DNA of 64,000 bases from NCBI GenBank assembly GCA_965206645.1, contig CBDBKE010000002.1, positions 416,001 through 480,000 on the forward strand. The letters run 5' to 3'. Positions 43,859 through 54,589 of the stretch are shown one piece after another. Numbering within the stretch: position 1 is the first letter of the stretch; each line of letters opens with the position of its first letter. This stretch comes from Terriglobia bacterium (GTDB lineage Bacteria > Acidobacteriota > Terriglobia > JAJPHL01 > JAPKYU01). A program made the position numbers and the translations under genes. The notes beneath the pieces were generated by a model that searched no databases, was not told the DNA's origin, and was given only the letters and a program-made list of their open reading frames with translations.

Positions 43859-45286
43859 TTACTGAGCGCCCCGCAACCACTCACCAACGGCGCGATCCAT
43901 CTCTGGATAGTCCAGGCGGTAGACAGATTGCAGCGCCGCCTCTACCGGTCGCCCCTCTGCCAGGCGGTTGAGCAGCCGCTCCAGTTCGTGCATGCCGTAG
44001 CGGCGGACCAGGAATTCGACGGCGGCCAGCGACTGGGCGTAGGCCACGGAGGCCATGCCCGGACCCAGGTGGACGAAAGACTCTTCAAGCCCTGGCCATG
44101 GAAGCAGCTGGTGCGCCATCCGCAATTCGGCCAGGCGCCGGTTCTCCCTCACGCTCGCTCCCTCCAGCACCTGCGCCAGGCCCTCATTGAGCCAGGCGGG
44201 ACACTGCCCCTCGGTTTTAGCCCAGACCAGGGAATGCACCAGTTCATGTTTGAGCACCGACGAGAGTTGGGATGTGACACCGGAGAGGCCCTCGACCGGA
44301 ATACGCATTCGTCCGTTGTTCAGAGCGCCTGCCCAGGCGGGGGCGCGGGTCACATCCCGGAATGCCTGGTCGGTATACAAGATGACAACGATGGGTGCGC
44401 GCAAGGAAGCGTCCAGTTGGCGGTCCAGCTCCTGGTAGTGTCGTTCCAGCACTTCCAGGATTTCCCGGCGGAAGGTGGGAGCCACCTGCCGCCCCTCAAA
44501 CCGCAAGGTGAAGTGGCCGCTGGAGGTCTGCTCATAGTGAGTTTCAGCCACAGTTTCGCGCTGGGCGCGCTCCAGCATGCGCTGGACATCGCTGTCCGGG
44601 GCCAGCGACAACGACTTTCGCCATGCGCGAATGGCGTCATCCGTGCGGTCCGAAAAGTACTCGGCAAACCCCAAGAACTTCCAGACCTGTGGAGAGTTGG
44701 GAGCGACCAGGCGGGCCCGCAGCAGCCACTCGCGCGCCGCCTGGTATTGCTGCTTGTGGAGTAACAGGGCACCGTGGGCCACCGTCAGGTGTGGATTCCC
44801 GGGAAATGACGAGACGCCCTGTCGCGCCAGCGCCAGGGCGGCATCGGTGCGGCCGAGGCGCATTTCGTACTCGATGGCTGCCAGGAAAACGGTGGCCAGC
44901 CTGCGCCGACCCGCATCGTCCAGGTTTGGGTCCAGGTTTGACTGGCGGGCGAGCGCCTCCAGGTACTCATGGTCTAGCTCGCCACCGGGCAGCACCGGCG
45001 CCTTGCCAGGCGCCGGAGGGAGCGGTATCGGTGGCAGCGGCGTTGAGGTCGCGCGCCGCGGGGCCGCAGATCTCGCGCGACTGCCTTGTTTTTCAATACG
45101 CGCCACCAACGACCGGGGCAAGGCATAGGTTCCCGCCTCGGTCTCATAGGAAACTCGTGAGCCTTCCTCGCGGACAGAGTTGGCAACGATGCGTCTTCCA
45201 TTCTTCAGGATGATGGTGTCGGCTGCTGTCGGCAGCGCCGCCAGCCCCAACAACAGCCAGACCAACCCTGGTTGCGGTAAACGCAT
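43859..45286 (-). CDS. Secreted TPR plus peptidase MA-like (gluzincin) protein
   Basis: Signal peptide, DTIILKNGRRI, TPR helices, HELVH...WLNEGLA. Confidence 0.85.
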   Translation of the reverse strand: MRLPQPGLVWLLLGLAALPTAADTIILKNGRRIVANSVREEGSRVSYETEAGTYALPRSLVARIEKQGSRARSAAPRRATSTPLPPIPLPPAPGKAPVLPGGELDHEYLEALARQSNLDPNLDDAGRRRLATVFLAAIEYEMRLGRTDAALALARQGVSSFPGNPHLTVAHGALLLHKQQYQAAREWLLRARLVAPNSPQVWKFLGFAEYFSDRTDDAIRAWRKSLSLAPDSDVQRMLERAQRETVAETHYEQTSSGHFTLRFEGRQVAPTFRREILEVLERHYQELDRQLDASLRAPIVVILYTDQAFRDVTRAPAWAGALNNGRMRIPVEGLSGVTSQLSSVLKHELVHSLVWAKTEGQCPAWLNEGLAQVLEGASVRENRRLAELRMAHQLLPWPGLEESFVHLGPGMASVAYAQSLAAVEFLVRRYGMHELERLLNRLAEGRPVEAALQSVYRLDYPEMDRAVGEWLRGAQ

Positions 45287-45390
45287 CCTGCCATTTTACA
45301 CACTGCGGCAGAGGTTCGTGGGTGAGGCGATTGGTCTACTAGTTCCTTATTTGTCAAGTACCTTGACTTGTGTTCAAATAGTCGGCCACG

Positions 45391-45932
45391 ATGAAGCGGG
45401 TTGCTGGTTGGGCCTTTCTTCTGGTTGCCTTCCTGTGTGTTTGCGGTCATGCAGGGAACCGCCCGGCCCTTCAGGTGCTGGGAACGATCCGCAAGGCGCG
45501 CCTAGATCCCACGAAGCTCTATCGGGTTCACGAGGCCGCGATCTACCGCGAAGACCTGCGCATCTACCTGACAGAAGGCGCGTTGGCGTTTCTGCAGCCT
45601 GTCGAGGGGCGGGTGACGGGAGCGGTCTTTTTCGGCGAAGGCGAGCTCCTGTTGATCCCGCCTGACCCGGTCGAGAAGGGAAGCCTGGCGCGCTTTACCG
45701 GGGTACCCTTGCTCAACGAGAAGTTTTCCAGCGCGCTGTTCCGATTCACCGACGACACCCATGAGCGCCTGCTGGAATCCATTGCCCATCAGGATAGTGC
45801 CGAGCCACTGGAGGACCTGCGATTAGCGGAGACGTGGAATCCAGTGGTGGCCAATCTGAACGCCTCATACGAGATGCGCGTGCTAACCGACCTGCTGGCG
45901 GAGGAACCGGTGCCTTTCTTTGCAGGCCGCTT
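45391..45932 (+). pseudogene. Secreted protein N-terminus (M1 aminopeptidase-like), truncated by an IS3 end
   Basis: Signal peptide; YRVHEAAIYREDLRIYLTEG, GRVTGAVFFGEGELLLIPP, FSSALFRFTD. Confidence 0.65.
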
Positions 45933-45994
45933 TGACCAGACCGATTTTTTGTACCAACCGTAGTGAGAGTTCACATCGCAGCCTGGGGCTGTGA
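45933..45994 (-). mobile_element. IS3 right-end stub (same element as 11022)
   Basis: TGACCAGACCGATTTTTTGTACCAACCGTAGTGAGAG... Confidence 0.9.
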
Positions 45995-46863
45995 GACCGC
46001 ATTCTCCGCCACGCTCTGGCGAGTGCAGCCACTCGACTTCCGCCACTCATAACGGCCCTGCGTCCTAATACGCCGGAGATGGGTATCACGCATCGCACGC
46101 CACGGAGGCGGATGAGAGTCTCGGCTGCATCGTGCATTGCGTCGCGGCAAGATCGTCACGATAGCGTCGTGCTGGAGCACGGCCTCGTAGCAGGAACCCG
46201 TGTCGTAGGCCCGGTCTGCGGAGACTTGCCCGATCGAACCAGGAGTCTTAGACAGCAACGAAGAGAGCCTTCGGGCGTCGTGGACGTTGCTCGCAGTCAG
46301 GTCCATCGCAACGATCTCTTTCGTCGTCTCATCGACGCCTAGGTGGAGCTTTCGCCATGTCCTACGGCGGAGGGTTCGGTGTTTTCTGATGTGCCACTCA
46401 CCGGCTCCGTAGATCTTCAGGCCCGTCGAATCGATGACGACATGTCGTGGTCGATCCGTGGGCCGCACACTCAGTCGGACGTCGACGGCGCTTTGCCTTC
46501 GGCTCACCGTGCTGTAGTTGGGCACTGGGAGGTCGAGAGCCATGAGCGCCACGATGGATTGAAGGAACCCTTGAGTGGTCCGTAGGTTGAGGTGAAACAC
46601 CGAATTCAGGACCAGCGCACATTGGATCGCCGCATCTGCGTAGACCTTGGGCCGGCCTCGCCCTTCGAAGGGTCCTGGATGACGCCAGGCAGCGACTGCC
46701 TCCGTGTCGAACCACAGTGTCAGCTGCCTACGTTTCACCAGAGCCCGGTTGTACTCCGGCCAGTTGCGAACCTTATATCGGAAGGTGTAGTCGCTTTTGC
46801 CCATCCCCTAGCCTATCAGGAGGGAGAGCGTTGGGGATGGAGTCAGATTTCTGCAACAACGCC
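45991..46863 (-). mobile_element. IS5 family (IS903 group), 3'-truncated; transposase ORF 45971-46804
   Basis: Left IR GGCGTTGTTGCAGAAATC; VRNWPEYNRALVKR, IDSTGLKIYGAGEW, WRKLHLGVD, ADRAYD. Confidence 0.9.
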
Positions 46864-47069
46864 GCTTGGCGCTTCCATGTGCTCACCTGGTTCGGATGCA
46901 CCTGGTGCTTCGAGGCAATCTCCTGCAGCGTCCGGTCGCCCCGCAGCGCTTCCAGTGCCACCTTCGCTTTCAAATCACCAGAAAACCTGCGTCTCCTCCT
47001 CATCGCATATCCCTCCTCAGTCGGTGGAATACACCTTAAACGTTTGTCCGATTTTCCGGGGCCACCTCA
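46864..47069 (-). mobile_element. IS3-family left-end fragment (orfA N-terminus)
   Basis: Terminus TGAGGTGGCCCCGGAAAATCGGACA; MRRRRRFSGDLKAKVALEALRGDRTLQEIASKHQVHPNQVSTWK. Confidence 0.85.
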
Positions 47070-47097
47070 GATTGCTATTCCCACTCAAGGGCCTATA

Positions 47098-48492
47098 GAG
47101 TCTGTGTGAAAGCCGCTCTTGCGAGTCACGTATAATGCGCCTTAAGGAGGCGCGATGAAATTCTTGACCTACAACCCGGAGCAAGCGTATCTGCTGCCGC
47201 CCAGCGTGCGGGAGGTGCTGGGAGAAGATCACATCTGTTTTTTTTGTGCACCAAGTTGTGGAGCGGCTGGAACTGAGTGCGTTTGAGCAGGGCTAGGTGG
47301 AAGAAGGCCGCCCGGCCTATCATCGGGCGCTGTTGCTGAAGGTGTGGCTGTATGCCTACGCGCTGGGCGTGACCTCGGCCCGCCGTCTGGAACAGCGGGT
47401 GCGGGAGGACCTGGCGTTCCGTTATCTGGCGGCCGGAGCGGGGCCGGACTTTTGGACGCTGAACCAGTTTCGGACGCGGCACGCCCGTGCCCTGAACGAT
47501 CTGTTCACACAGGTGGTGGAGTTGGCGCGGTCGCTGGGAATGGGGCGGCTGGGACACGTGGCCATGGACTCGACGCGGGTGGCGGCCAACGCCTCGCGGG
47601 ACCGGGTGGAGACGGTGGCCAAGTTGCGGGCAGAGCGAGCCAAAATTCGGCGGCAGATTCGTCGCTGGCAGAAACAATGTGACGCGCAGTCCTGCGAGGA
47701 AGCGGCTGGCCGGCAACTGAGCGGCAAGCAGATGGCAGCGCTGGAGAAGCGGCTGGAAGAAATCCCGCGATGCCTGGAGCGGTTGCGCAAAAGCGGGCTG
47801 AAGCGGCGTTCGGAAACCGATCCCGACAGCCGGTTCTTGCGCGACCGCAAGGGATTCACGCTGGGTTACACGGCGGAGGTGGCGGTCAGCGAAGATCATC
47901 TGATTGTCGAGCAGCGCGTGGGGCAAAACGCCACCGACAACGCGACGCTGGTCCCTCTGGTGGAGGCGGTCGAGCGACGCTGCCGGGAACGCCCGCAGAA
48001 GGTCAGCGCCGACAGCGGCTTCTTTTGCTTGGAGACCATCGTGGAACTGGCCCAGCGTGGCCTGGACGTCTATGTGCCCGACTCGAACTTGGCGCGGGAA
48101 CTGAACCGAGGCCAACGCGCGCCCGGAGCACCTGCTGTACGGCATCCGGAACACCGGCGAATGCGACGCAAGCTGCGCGACCCGGCCGGCCGGGCGGTTT
48201 ATCAGCGGCGCAAGGCGATCGTGGAACCAGGGATCGGGGTTTTGAAAGAACAGCGTGGAATGCGGCAGTTCCGGCGGCGGGGCCTGGGGAAGGTCGCGGT
48301 GGAGTTCGCGCTGGCCGCAACGGCCTTCAACCTCACCCGCCTGTGGCGCAACAAACCGAAGCTAGATCAGGAAGGCTAGTTCGGCAGACTCCCGGACCGG
48401 CGACTCGGCGAAGATCGAAACACCAGAATTCTGGAGCGGATCATGATCTCTTTTGATTTCCAGCCAGCTAAACCGAGTTTCCACACAGGCTC
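47098..48492 (+). mobile_element. IS1182 family element with TATA TSD; transposase (47155-48379) is a pseudogene
   Basis: IRs GAGTCTGTGTGAAA / TTTCCACACAGGCTC; TATA at 47094-47097 and 48493-48496; GRPAYH, SARRLE, PDFWTLNQFR, TDPDSR, ADSGF; poly-T frameshift ~47240 and TAG at 47294. Confidence 0.9.
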
Positions 48493-48496
48493 TATA

Positions 48497-48584
48497 GCCC
48501 GTTCCTACTACCAAAACCGGTTTCACGGCCCCAGGCTATGATGTAGACTCTCACTGCTGTTGGTACAAAAAATCGGTCTGGTCA
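48497..48584 (+). mobile_element. Right end of an IS3 isoform (target of the IS1182)
   Basis: ...PKPVSRPQAMM* then TTGGTACAAAAAATCGGTCTGGTCA. Confidence 0.85.
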
Positions 48585-48643
48585 CCCGGTAGGAGGGGAG
48601 GCGCACCCGATTTTGTGCGTAATTGTGCAGCAAACGGGTTCCT

Positions 48644-48877
48644 ATGGCTTTTCGCTTCACTGATCTGATCCGGCGGGACATGATTGTGCGGGACGCCCAT
48701 AACCGCTACCCGCAGACCGAAGAGGTTTTCGAGCGGTTTCGTGTACGCCCGTCCTGCTGGGATTGTTCCATGACTGAGGTTGCCCACCGCAGCGGTGTCA
48801 GCGTCGAGGATTTGCTCGATGCCCGGAATGAAGTTGTCTTTCCGCGGAACTCCGGCGAGCAGGAAAAACAGGGCTAA
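48644..48877 (+). CDS. Small DUF542/DUF1858 (ScdA-N-like) protein
   Basis: VRDAHNRYPQTEEVFERF...CWDCSMTEVAHRSGVSVEDLL. Confidence 0.65.
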   Translation: MAFRFTDLIRRDMIVRDAHNRYPQTEEVFERFRVRPSCWDCSMTEVAHRSGVSVEDLLDARNEVVFPRNSGEQEKQG

Positions 48878-49064
48878 GCCGTGAACTCGGTTTTTGCAAG
48901 GGCAGCCGGCGAAGGCAGCTCGAAGTGGTCTGCGCTTCGAGGGTCAGTATCGGCGCCTACCTGTCGCCGTGTCGTTCTCCCAAACCAGACCGGTTCAATG
49001 TGAGGTTGACGCCAAGAAGGATCCGTACAAGCGCTCACACACCACAACCCCACTAGCGCACGAA

Positions 49065-51386
49065 ATGGCCCAGGACAAACTAGGATTCGATCGATTGACG
49101 CGCCGCGAGTTGTTTTGGAGGCTGAGTTTGCCCGCCAGCGTAGCTCTCGTGGGACCGCTCGCGGGCTGCTCCGGCCTATGGGAGCGCAGGCCTGCCGTTC
49201 CCGTGCACGCTTGGCACAAGGGTGTCTGTCGCTTCTGCGGGACCGGCTGTGGGATCCAAATCGGTGTGCGCGACGGCAAGGTGGTGGATGTCAAGGGCGA
49301 TGAGTATGCCCACAACAAGGGTCGCCTCTGCATCAAGGGCATCCTGAACCGTGACATCCTCTATACCCGGGACCGAGCCCTGTATCCGATGGTGCGGAGG
49401 AACGGCGAGCTACAACGAGTGAGCTGGCAGGAGGCGATGACTCTGGTGGCAGAGCGCTTCCGCCACACAATTGACCGCTTCGGCCCCGACAGCGTCGCGT
49501 TTTATGGGAGCGGGCAACTCTTCACGCAGGAAAGTTACACGGCCAACAAGCTTTTCAAGGCAGGAATCGGTACGAACAACGTAGATGGCAATCCGCGGCT
49601 TTGCATGGCCTCGGCGGCGGCCGGTTACGTATCGGTCTTCGGTAAGGATGAACCCATGGGTTGCTACGAGGACCTGGATGCCGCCGACTGCTTCTTCATC
49701 ACCGGATCCAACATGGCCGAGTGCCATCCGGTTCTTTGGGAGCGGGTCCAGGACCGAAAGCGCAGCCGGCCCGAAACCTTCATCATCGTGGTGGACCCAC
49801 GAAGAACAATCACCGCCAGCCGGGCTGACTTGCACCTCCCTATCCGTCCCGGCACCGACGTGGCTCTTTATAATGCCATGATCCACGAGTTCATTCGCCT
49901 GGGGTTCATCGATGCCGACATGGTTGAGAACTACCTGACCTTCCAGTCTGGAGACGCGAGCCGCAGCTACTCTGACTTGAAGAGGCATGTCGGTCAGTAC
50001 GCGCCTGGACGGGTGGCGAGCATCTGCGGTCTGAGTTCCAAGGACATCAGCGAAGCAGCCTTTCGGTTTGCCTCCTCCAAGGCGACGATGTCTCTATGGA
50101 CCATGGGGCTGAACCAACAGTCGCAAGGGACCGCCGCCAATCGGCTGGTGATGGCGATGCATCTTTTGACCGGACAGATCGGCCGACCGGGCGCAACCCC
50201 TTTCTCGCTAACCGGCCAGCCGAATGCCGGTGGAGGGGTGCGCGATACAGGCACGCTGGCGCATGCGCTGCCGAACGGGCGGGCTGTGACCAACCCCAAG
50301 GACCGGCACGAGATGGAAGATCTCTGGGGTGTTGCACGCGAGCGTATCAGCGCAAAGCCGGGCTATCACGCGGTAGCTCTTTTCGAGGCGATGGAACGGG
50401 GCGATGTAAAGTGCTGCCTGGTGATGGCCACGAATCCTGCGCAGTCGCTCCCCAACGCCGACCGCTATCGCCGGGCCATGCAGAAGACATTCCTCGTGGT
50501 GGCCGATACCTTTCATCCCACCGAGACTACGCAGTTTGCCGACGTGGTCTTGCCGGCAGCGCTGTGGGCGGAAAAGGAGGGCGTCTTCAGTCAATCCGAG
50601 CGCCGCTATCACCTTGTACCGAAGGTGGTGGAGCCGCCGGGAGAGGCACGCAGTGACCTAGAGATATTGGTAGAACTTGCAGACCGCTTGAACCTTGGGG
50701 AGCTAATCTCGGCACGCACGCCCCGGGACGTCTGGGAAGAGTGGCGGGTAATCTCAGCTCACTCAAAGTACAACTTCTCTGGCATCACGTACAAACGTCT
50801 CCAAGAAGAGCGAGGCTTGCGTTGGCCGTGTCCCTCCGAAGCCCATCCCGGCACATGCCGCCGCTACTTGCCCGGCGAAGACCCCCTAGCTCGCCGAGAC
50901 GGGCGCTTCGACTTCTACGGACGACCCGACGGCAGAGCCGTCATCTGGCTGCACCACCAGGAGGAACCGAAGGACCCACCCACGGACGATTTCCCCCTGG
51001 TTCTCACCACGGGGCGGATCTTGGAGCACTGGCACACCATGACCATCACAGGCAGAGTAGCCGCGCTAGACGGTATCCGGCCCAATTTTCTCGAGATTCA
51101 TCCGCAGGACGCTCATCCCCTTGGTATCGAGGAGGGAGCGGAAGTTGTTGTGCGAAGCCGACGAGGACAGGCGGAGTTCGTCGCCCGACTAACAGGCACA
51201 ATTCGCCCGGGTGTTGTCTTTGCTACGTTCCACTCGGCGCGTCACTTGGTAAACGTAGCAACCAACGATGTGTACGATCCCATTTCCAAGCAGCCGGAGT
51301 ACAAGCTATGTGCCGTCTCCGTCCAACGGAAAGTGCCCCGTGGCGCGGGGTATGAAAACGGTGAGGGCCAACCAGAAGCGGGTTGA
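49065..51386 (+). CDS. napA: Periplasmic nitrate reductase catalytic subunit (Mo-bisPGD, 4Fe-4S); Tat signal with lipobox
   Basis: TRRELF twin-Arg, LAGC lipobox, CRFCGTGC...LCIKG, GSGQ, NVDGNPRLCMASA, SLTGQPNA, TTGRILEHWHT, DPISKQPEYKLCAV. Confidence 0.88.
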   Translation: MAQDKLGFDRLTRRELFWRLSLPASVALVGPLAGCSGLWERRPAVPVHAWHKGVCRFCGTGCGIQIGVRDGKVVDVKGDEYAHNKGRLCIKGILNRDILYTRDRALYPMVRRNGELQRVSWQEAMTLVAERFRHTIDRFGPDSVAFYGSGQLFTQESYTANKLFKAGIGTNNVDGNPRLCMASAAAGYVSVFGKDEPMGCYEDLDAADCFFITGSNMAECHPVLWERVQDRKRSRPETFIIVVDPRRTITASRADLHLPIRPGTDVALYNAMIHEFIRLGFIDADMVENYLTFQSGDASRSYSDLKRHVGQYAPGRVASICGLSSKDISEAAFRFASSKATMSLWTMGLNQQSQGTAANRLVMAMHLLTGQIGRPGATPFSLTGQPNAGGGVRDTGTLAHALPNGRAVTNPKDRHEMEDLWGVARERISAKPGYHAVALFEAMERGDVKCCLVMATNPAQSLPNADRYRRAMQKTFLVVADTFHPTETTQFADVVLPAALWAEKEGVFSQSERRYHLVPKVVEPPGEARSDLEILVELADRLNLGELISARTPRDVWEEWRVISAHSKYNFSGITYKRLQEERGLRWPCPSEAHPGTCRRYLPGEDPLARRDGRFDFYGRPDGRAVIWLHHQEEPKDPPTDDFPLVLTTGRILEHWHTMTITGRVAALDGIRPNFLEIHPQDAHPLGIEEGAEVVVRSRRGQAEFVARLTGTIRPGVVFATFHSARHLVNVATNDVYDPISKQPEYKLCAVSVQRKVPRGAGYENGEGQPEAG

Positions 51387-51400
51387 GAGGTAGGGTGGGT

Positions 51401-52075
51401 ATGCGTCTAACCACGTTTGTGGTGTTCGCTTCCGAAAGGGCTAGGGACGCGGAGCAAGCGCTGTCGGCGGGAGAATTCACGCGCGGCCTGGGGCTGGCAG
51501 CTGCTGTGGTCGCGATCGTCGCGCTGGTACTCATTGAGTTCGTCTACCGCAACCGCTTCAGGAGAGCCACATATCACTGGCTGCTGTTCCTGGGACTTTT
51601 GGTGCTTCCTGGCATCACTCTCATGAGCATGACCGCGATGGTTTCCGAGGAGACCAAGAAGGTTGGCGCTTGCGCCACCTGCCACGTCATGGACCCGTTT
51701 ATCAACGACATGAGAGATCCCTTCAGTGCAACTCTGGCGGCCCGCCATTACAAGAACAAGTGGGTCCCCGACCATCAGTGCTACATGTGTCACACGACCT
51801 ATGGAGCGCACGGCACGTTGGCAGCTAAGCGCGACGGCTTTCGCCACTGGTTGCTCTATGTAACAGCCACGTGGGAGGAGCCGATCCAGTACAGCGGCAG
51901 CTATCCGAATTCCAACTGCCTGACTTGTCACGAGGGAACGTCGAAGTTCGACAGGGGCAAGAGCCACCAGGCACTGGCCAAAGATCTGGTCCGCGACCGA
52001 GTGAGCTGCTCTACCTGCCACGGGCCGCCGCACCCTGTCCCAGGCGAACGCCTCTCCACCGCGAGACACCCATGA
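51401..52075 (+). CDS. napC: NapC/NirT-type membrane tetraheme cytochrome c
   Basis: Two TM helices and four CxxCH motifs (CATCH, CYMCH, CLTCH, CSTCH); start could be 51383. Confidence 0.82.
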   Translation: MRLTTFVVFASERARDAEQALSAGEFTRGLGLAAAVVAIVALVLIEFVYRNRFRRATYHWLLFLGLLVLPGITLMSMTAMVSEETKKVGACATCHVMDPFINDMRDPFSATLAARHYKNKWVPDHQCYMCHTTYGAHGTLAAKRDGFRHWLLYVTATWEEPIQYSGSYPNSNCLTCHEGTSKFDRGKSHQALAKDLVRDRVSCSTCHGPPHPVPGERLSTARHP

Positions 52076-52293
52076 TGACCCCTGAGGAGGCAACCGGCGT
52101 CAACACCTTGGTGCGCACAGCAGTGGCATGTGCGCTCATTGGCTTATTGAGTGTCTTGTTATTCCTGTGGAGTGGTTTTGCCCCTTGGAGTGTGGGTATG
52201 GGCGTCTTTTTCGGCGCGCCGCTATTGGTGATTGCCGTGATGCTCTACCTCATCGCCGTGGTGCGTGATCTTCGGCAGCGAGGAGTCTTATGA
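52072..52293 (+). CDS. Small two-TM membrane protein coupled to napC
   Basis: ATGA overlap with the napC stop; MMTPEEATGVNTLVRTAVACALIGLLSVLLFLW... Confidence 0.65.
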   Translation: MMTPEEATGVNTLVRTAVACALIGLLSVLLFLWSGFAPWSVGMGVFFGAPLLVIAVMLYLIAVVRDLRQRGVL

Positions 52294-52583
52294 CTCCTAG
52301 AGAACCGAACTCCCTTAGCACCCACTAGCTTCCAACTGACAGAGGCCAGACAGCACCAAAAGGAACGGGGTTAGTTCCTCAGGAGTCGGTCTGGGCGCCG
52401 CGACGGCGCTCTCGGGGCTACTGGTGCCTCACCTGTGCTTCCTCTACGACTACTCCTGGTTCGTCGGCTTTGCGGTCGCCTTCGCGTCCTACTACACCCT
52501 GATGCAGCGGCGACGGCGGCAGGAGCTGGCTGCGCATCAGTGAGCGTCTTGCAGCCGCTCTCGGCGAAGATGAGAGCGCTTTA

Positions 52584-53019
52584 TCAATCCAAGCGCTTTC
52601 GGAAGTGGAGAGAACTCAGGCCGAGCATGGTGACTCCGAAGACCAGTAGCGCCAGCATCTGCGGCCACAGCACCGCAATCTCGGTTCCTTTCAGGAAGAT
52701 GTTGCGGAAAATTTCCATGAAGTACCGAAGCGGGTCCAGATAGCTGAGTAGTTGCACCGGCACGGGCATGTTCCGGATGGGGAAGGCGAAGCCGCTGAGC
52801 ATAAAGGCGGGCATGAAAAAGAAGAACGAGGCCATCATCGCTTGCTGTTGCGTCTGGGAGATGGTGGAGAGGAACAGTTCGATGCCCAGCGTGGTCAGCA
52901 GGAACAGCATAGCGCTCGCGAGCAGCAGCAGCGGGCTGCCCCGGAAGGGAATGCGAAACAAGACCAGGGCAACCACCGTGACCAGGACAAGATCGAACAG
53001 ACCGACCAGGGCAAAGGGG
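52584..53019 (-). pseudogene. ABC-2 permease (YbhR-like) C-terminus, truncated by IS3
   Basis: LSTISQTQQQAMM, FMLSGFAFPIRNMP, DPLRYFMEIFRNIFLKG. Confidence 0.85.
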
Positions 53020-53684
53020 TGACCTGACCGGCCCTTTTTGTACCAAGTGGAAAGAGAGAGAATCCACTTGAGGAGGAAGTCAGGTCATGCCAACCGGGAA
53101 TTACAAACCAGAGCAGATCGTAACGATCCTACGGCAGATTGAGGTGCAGATGGCGAACGGGAAGACCACGCCGCAGGCCTGCAAGGAAGCGGAGATCCAC
53201 ACGCAGACCTACTACCGGTGGCGGAAGGAATAGGGCGGGTTGAAACGAGAGCAAGCGAAACGGCTGAAGGAGTTGGAGAAGGAAAACGCTCGCCTGAAGC
53301 GGTTGGTGACGCAGTTGTCGCTGGAGAAGCAAGTATTGCAGGAGGTGGCGGAGGAAAACTTCTAAGCCCTGAGCGGCGGCGTTGTGCGGTGGGGCGTGCA
53401 CGGGAGCAGTATGGAATATCGGAACGGCATGGCTGCCGGCTGCTGGGGCAAGGGCGAGGGACACAACGGTATGAGCCGATGGATCGGCCCGACGAGGATG
53501 AGCTGACCCGAGCGGTGATTGAACTGGCGATGCAGTACGGGCGTTATGGCTATCGGCGCATCACAGCGCTGCTGCGGAATGGCGGCTGGCAAGTAGGCAA
53601 GGACCGGGTACAGCGAATCTGGCGGCGGGAAGGGCTGAAAGTGCCGCAAAAACAAGGGCCAAGAAGACGGTTGTGGTTCAACGA
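53020..53684 (+). mobile_element. IS3 isoform left part (orfA from 53087 with TAG at 53231; orfB truncated)
   Basis: IR TGACCTGACCGGCCCTTTTTGTACCAAG; diverged homolog of the 11022 element. Confidence 0.88.
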
Positions 53685-53815
53685 GGTACTGTCAAGTTAA
53701 GCAGTTTGGCAGCATTTTCGCCGCCCGCCGCCACCGCTAAGTCATTGATTATCAGTCTCTGATCCAGCAGAATCCTTCCGCAAAACGCGCAGATTCTGCT
53801 CAACCTGACAGTACC
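53685..53815. mobile_element. 131-bp MITE with IS6-like IRs
   Basis: GGTACTGTCAAGTT...AACCTGACAGTACC; no ORF. Confidence 0.75.
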
Positions 53816-54589
53816 CTCAAGGGTTCCTTCAATCCATCGTGGCGCTCATGGCTCTCGACCTCCCAGTGCCCAACTACAGCACGGTGAGCCGAAGGCAAAG
53901 CGCCGTCGACGTCCGACTGAGTGTAGGGCCCACGGATCGACCACGACATGTCGTCATCGATTCGACGGGCCTGAAGATCTACGGAGCCGGTGAGTGGCAC
54001 ATCAGAAAACACCGAACCCTCCGCCGTAGGACATGGCGAAAGCTCCACCTAGGCGTCGATGAGACGACGAAAGAGATCGTTGCGATGGACCTGACTGCGA
54101 GCAACGTCCACGACGCCCGAAGGCTCTCTTCGTTGCTGTCTAAGACTCCTGGTTCGATCGGGCAAGTCTCCGCAGACCGGGCCTACGACACGGGTTCCTG
54201 CTACGAGGCCGTGCTCCAGCACGACGCTATCGTGACGATCTTGCCGCGACGCAATGCACGATGCAGCCGAGACTCTCATCCGCCTCCGTGGCGTGCGATG
54301 CGTGATACCCATCTCCGGCGTATTAGGACGCAGGGCCGTTATGAGTGGCGGAAGTCGAGTGGCTGCACTCGCCAGAGCGTGGCGGAGAATGCGGTCTCAC
54401 GGTACAAGGCGATACTCGGGGTAAGCCTCTCGGCCCGCACGGTCAAGAACCAAAAAGTCGAAGCCGCGATCAAGTGCGCTGTGCTGAACCGGATGGCGGA
54501 GCTTGGAATGCCACGATCGGAGCGCGTGTACTGAGGCGGATGAGCTTCTCGGCCCAGTTCGCCGCGAGCGCGAATTACGCAACAACGCC
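53816..54589 (+). mobile_element. IS5 (IS903 group) copy 2, 5'-truncated; transposase C-terminus to 54534
   Basis: Near-identical to the 45991-46574 region; right IR GAATTACGCAACAACGCC. Confidence 0.9.

Noticed and set aside
45933-48584. Composite transposon bounded by inverted IS3 right ends
   Set aside because: Flanks differ (GCTT vs CCCG), the ends belong to different isoforms, and the interior is only IS debris.
48894-49064. N-terminal extension of NapA from TTG 48894
   Set aside because: The ATG at 49065 puts the twin-Arg motif near the N-terminus as expected; the extension has no motif.
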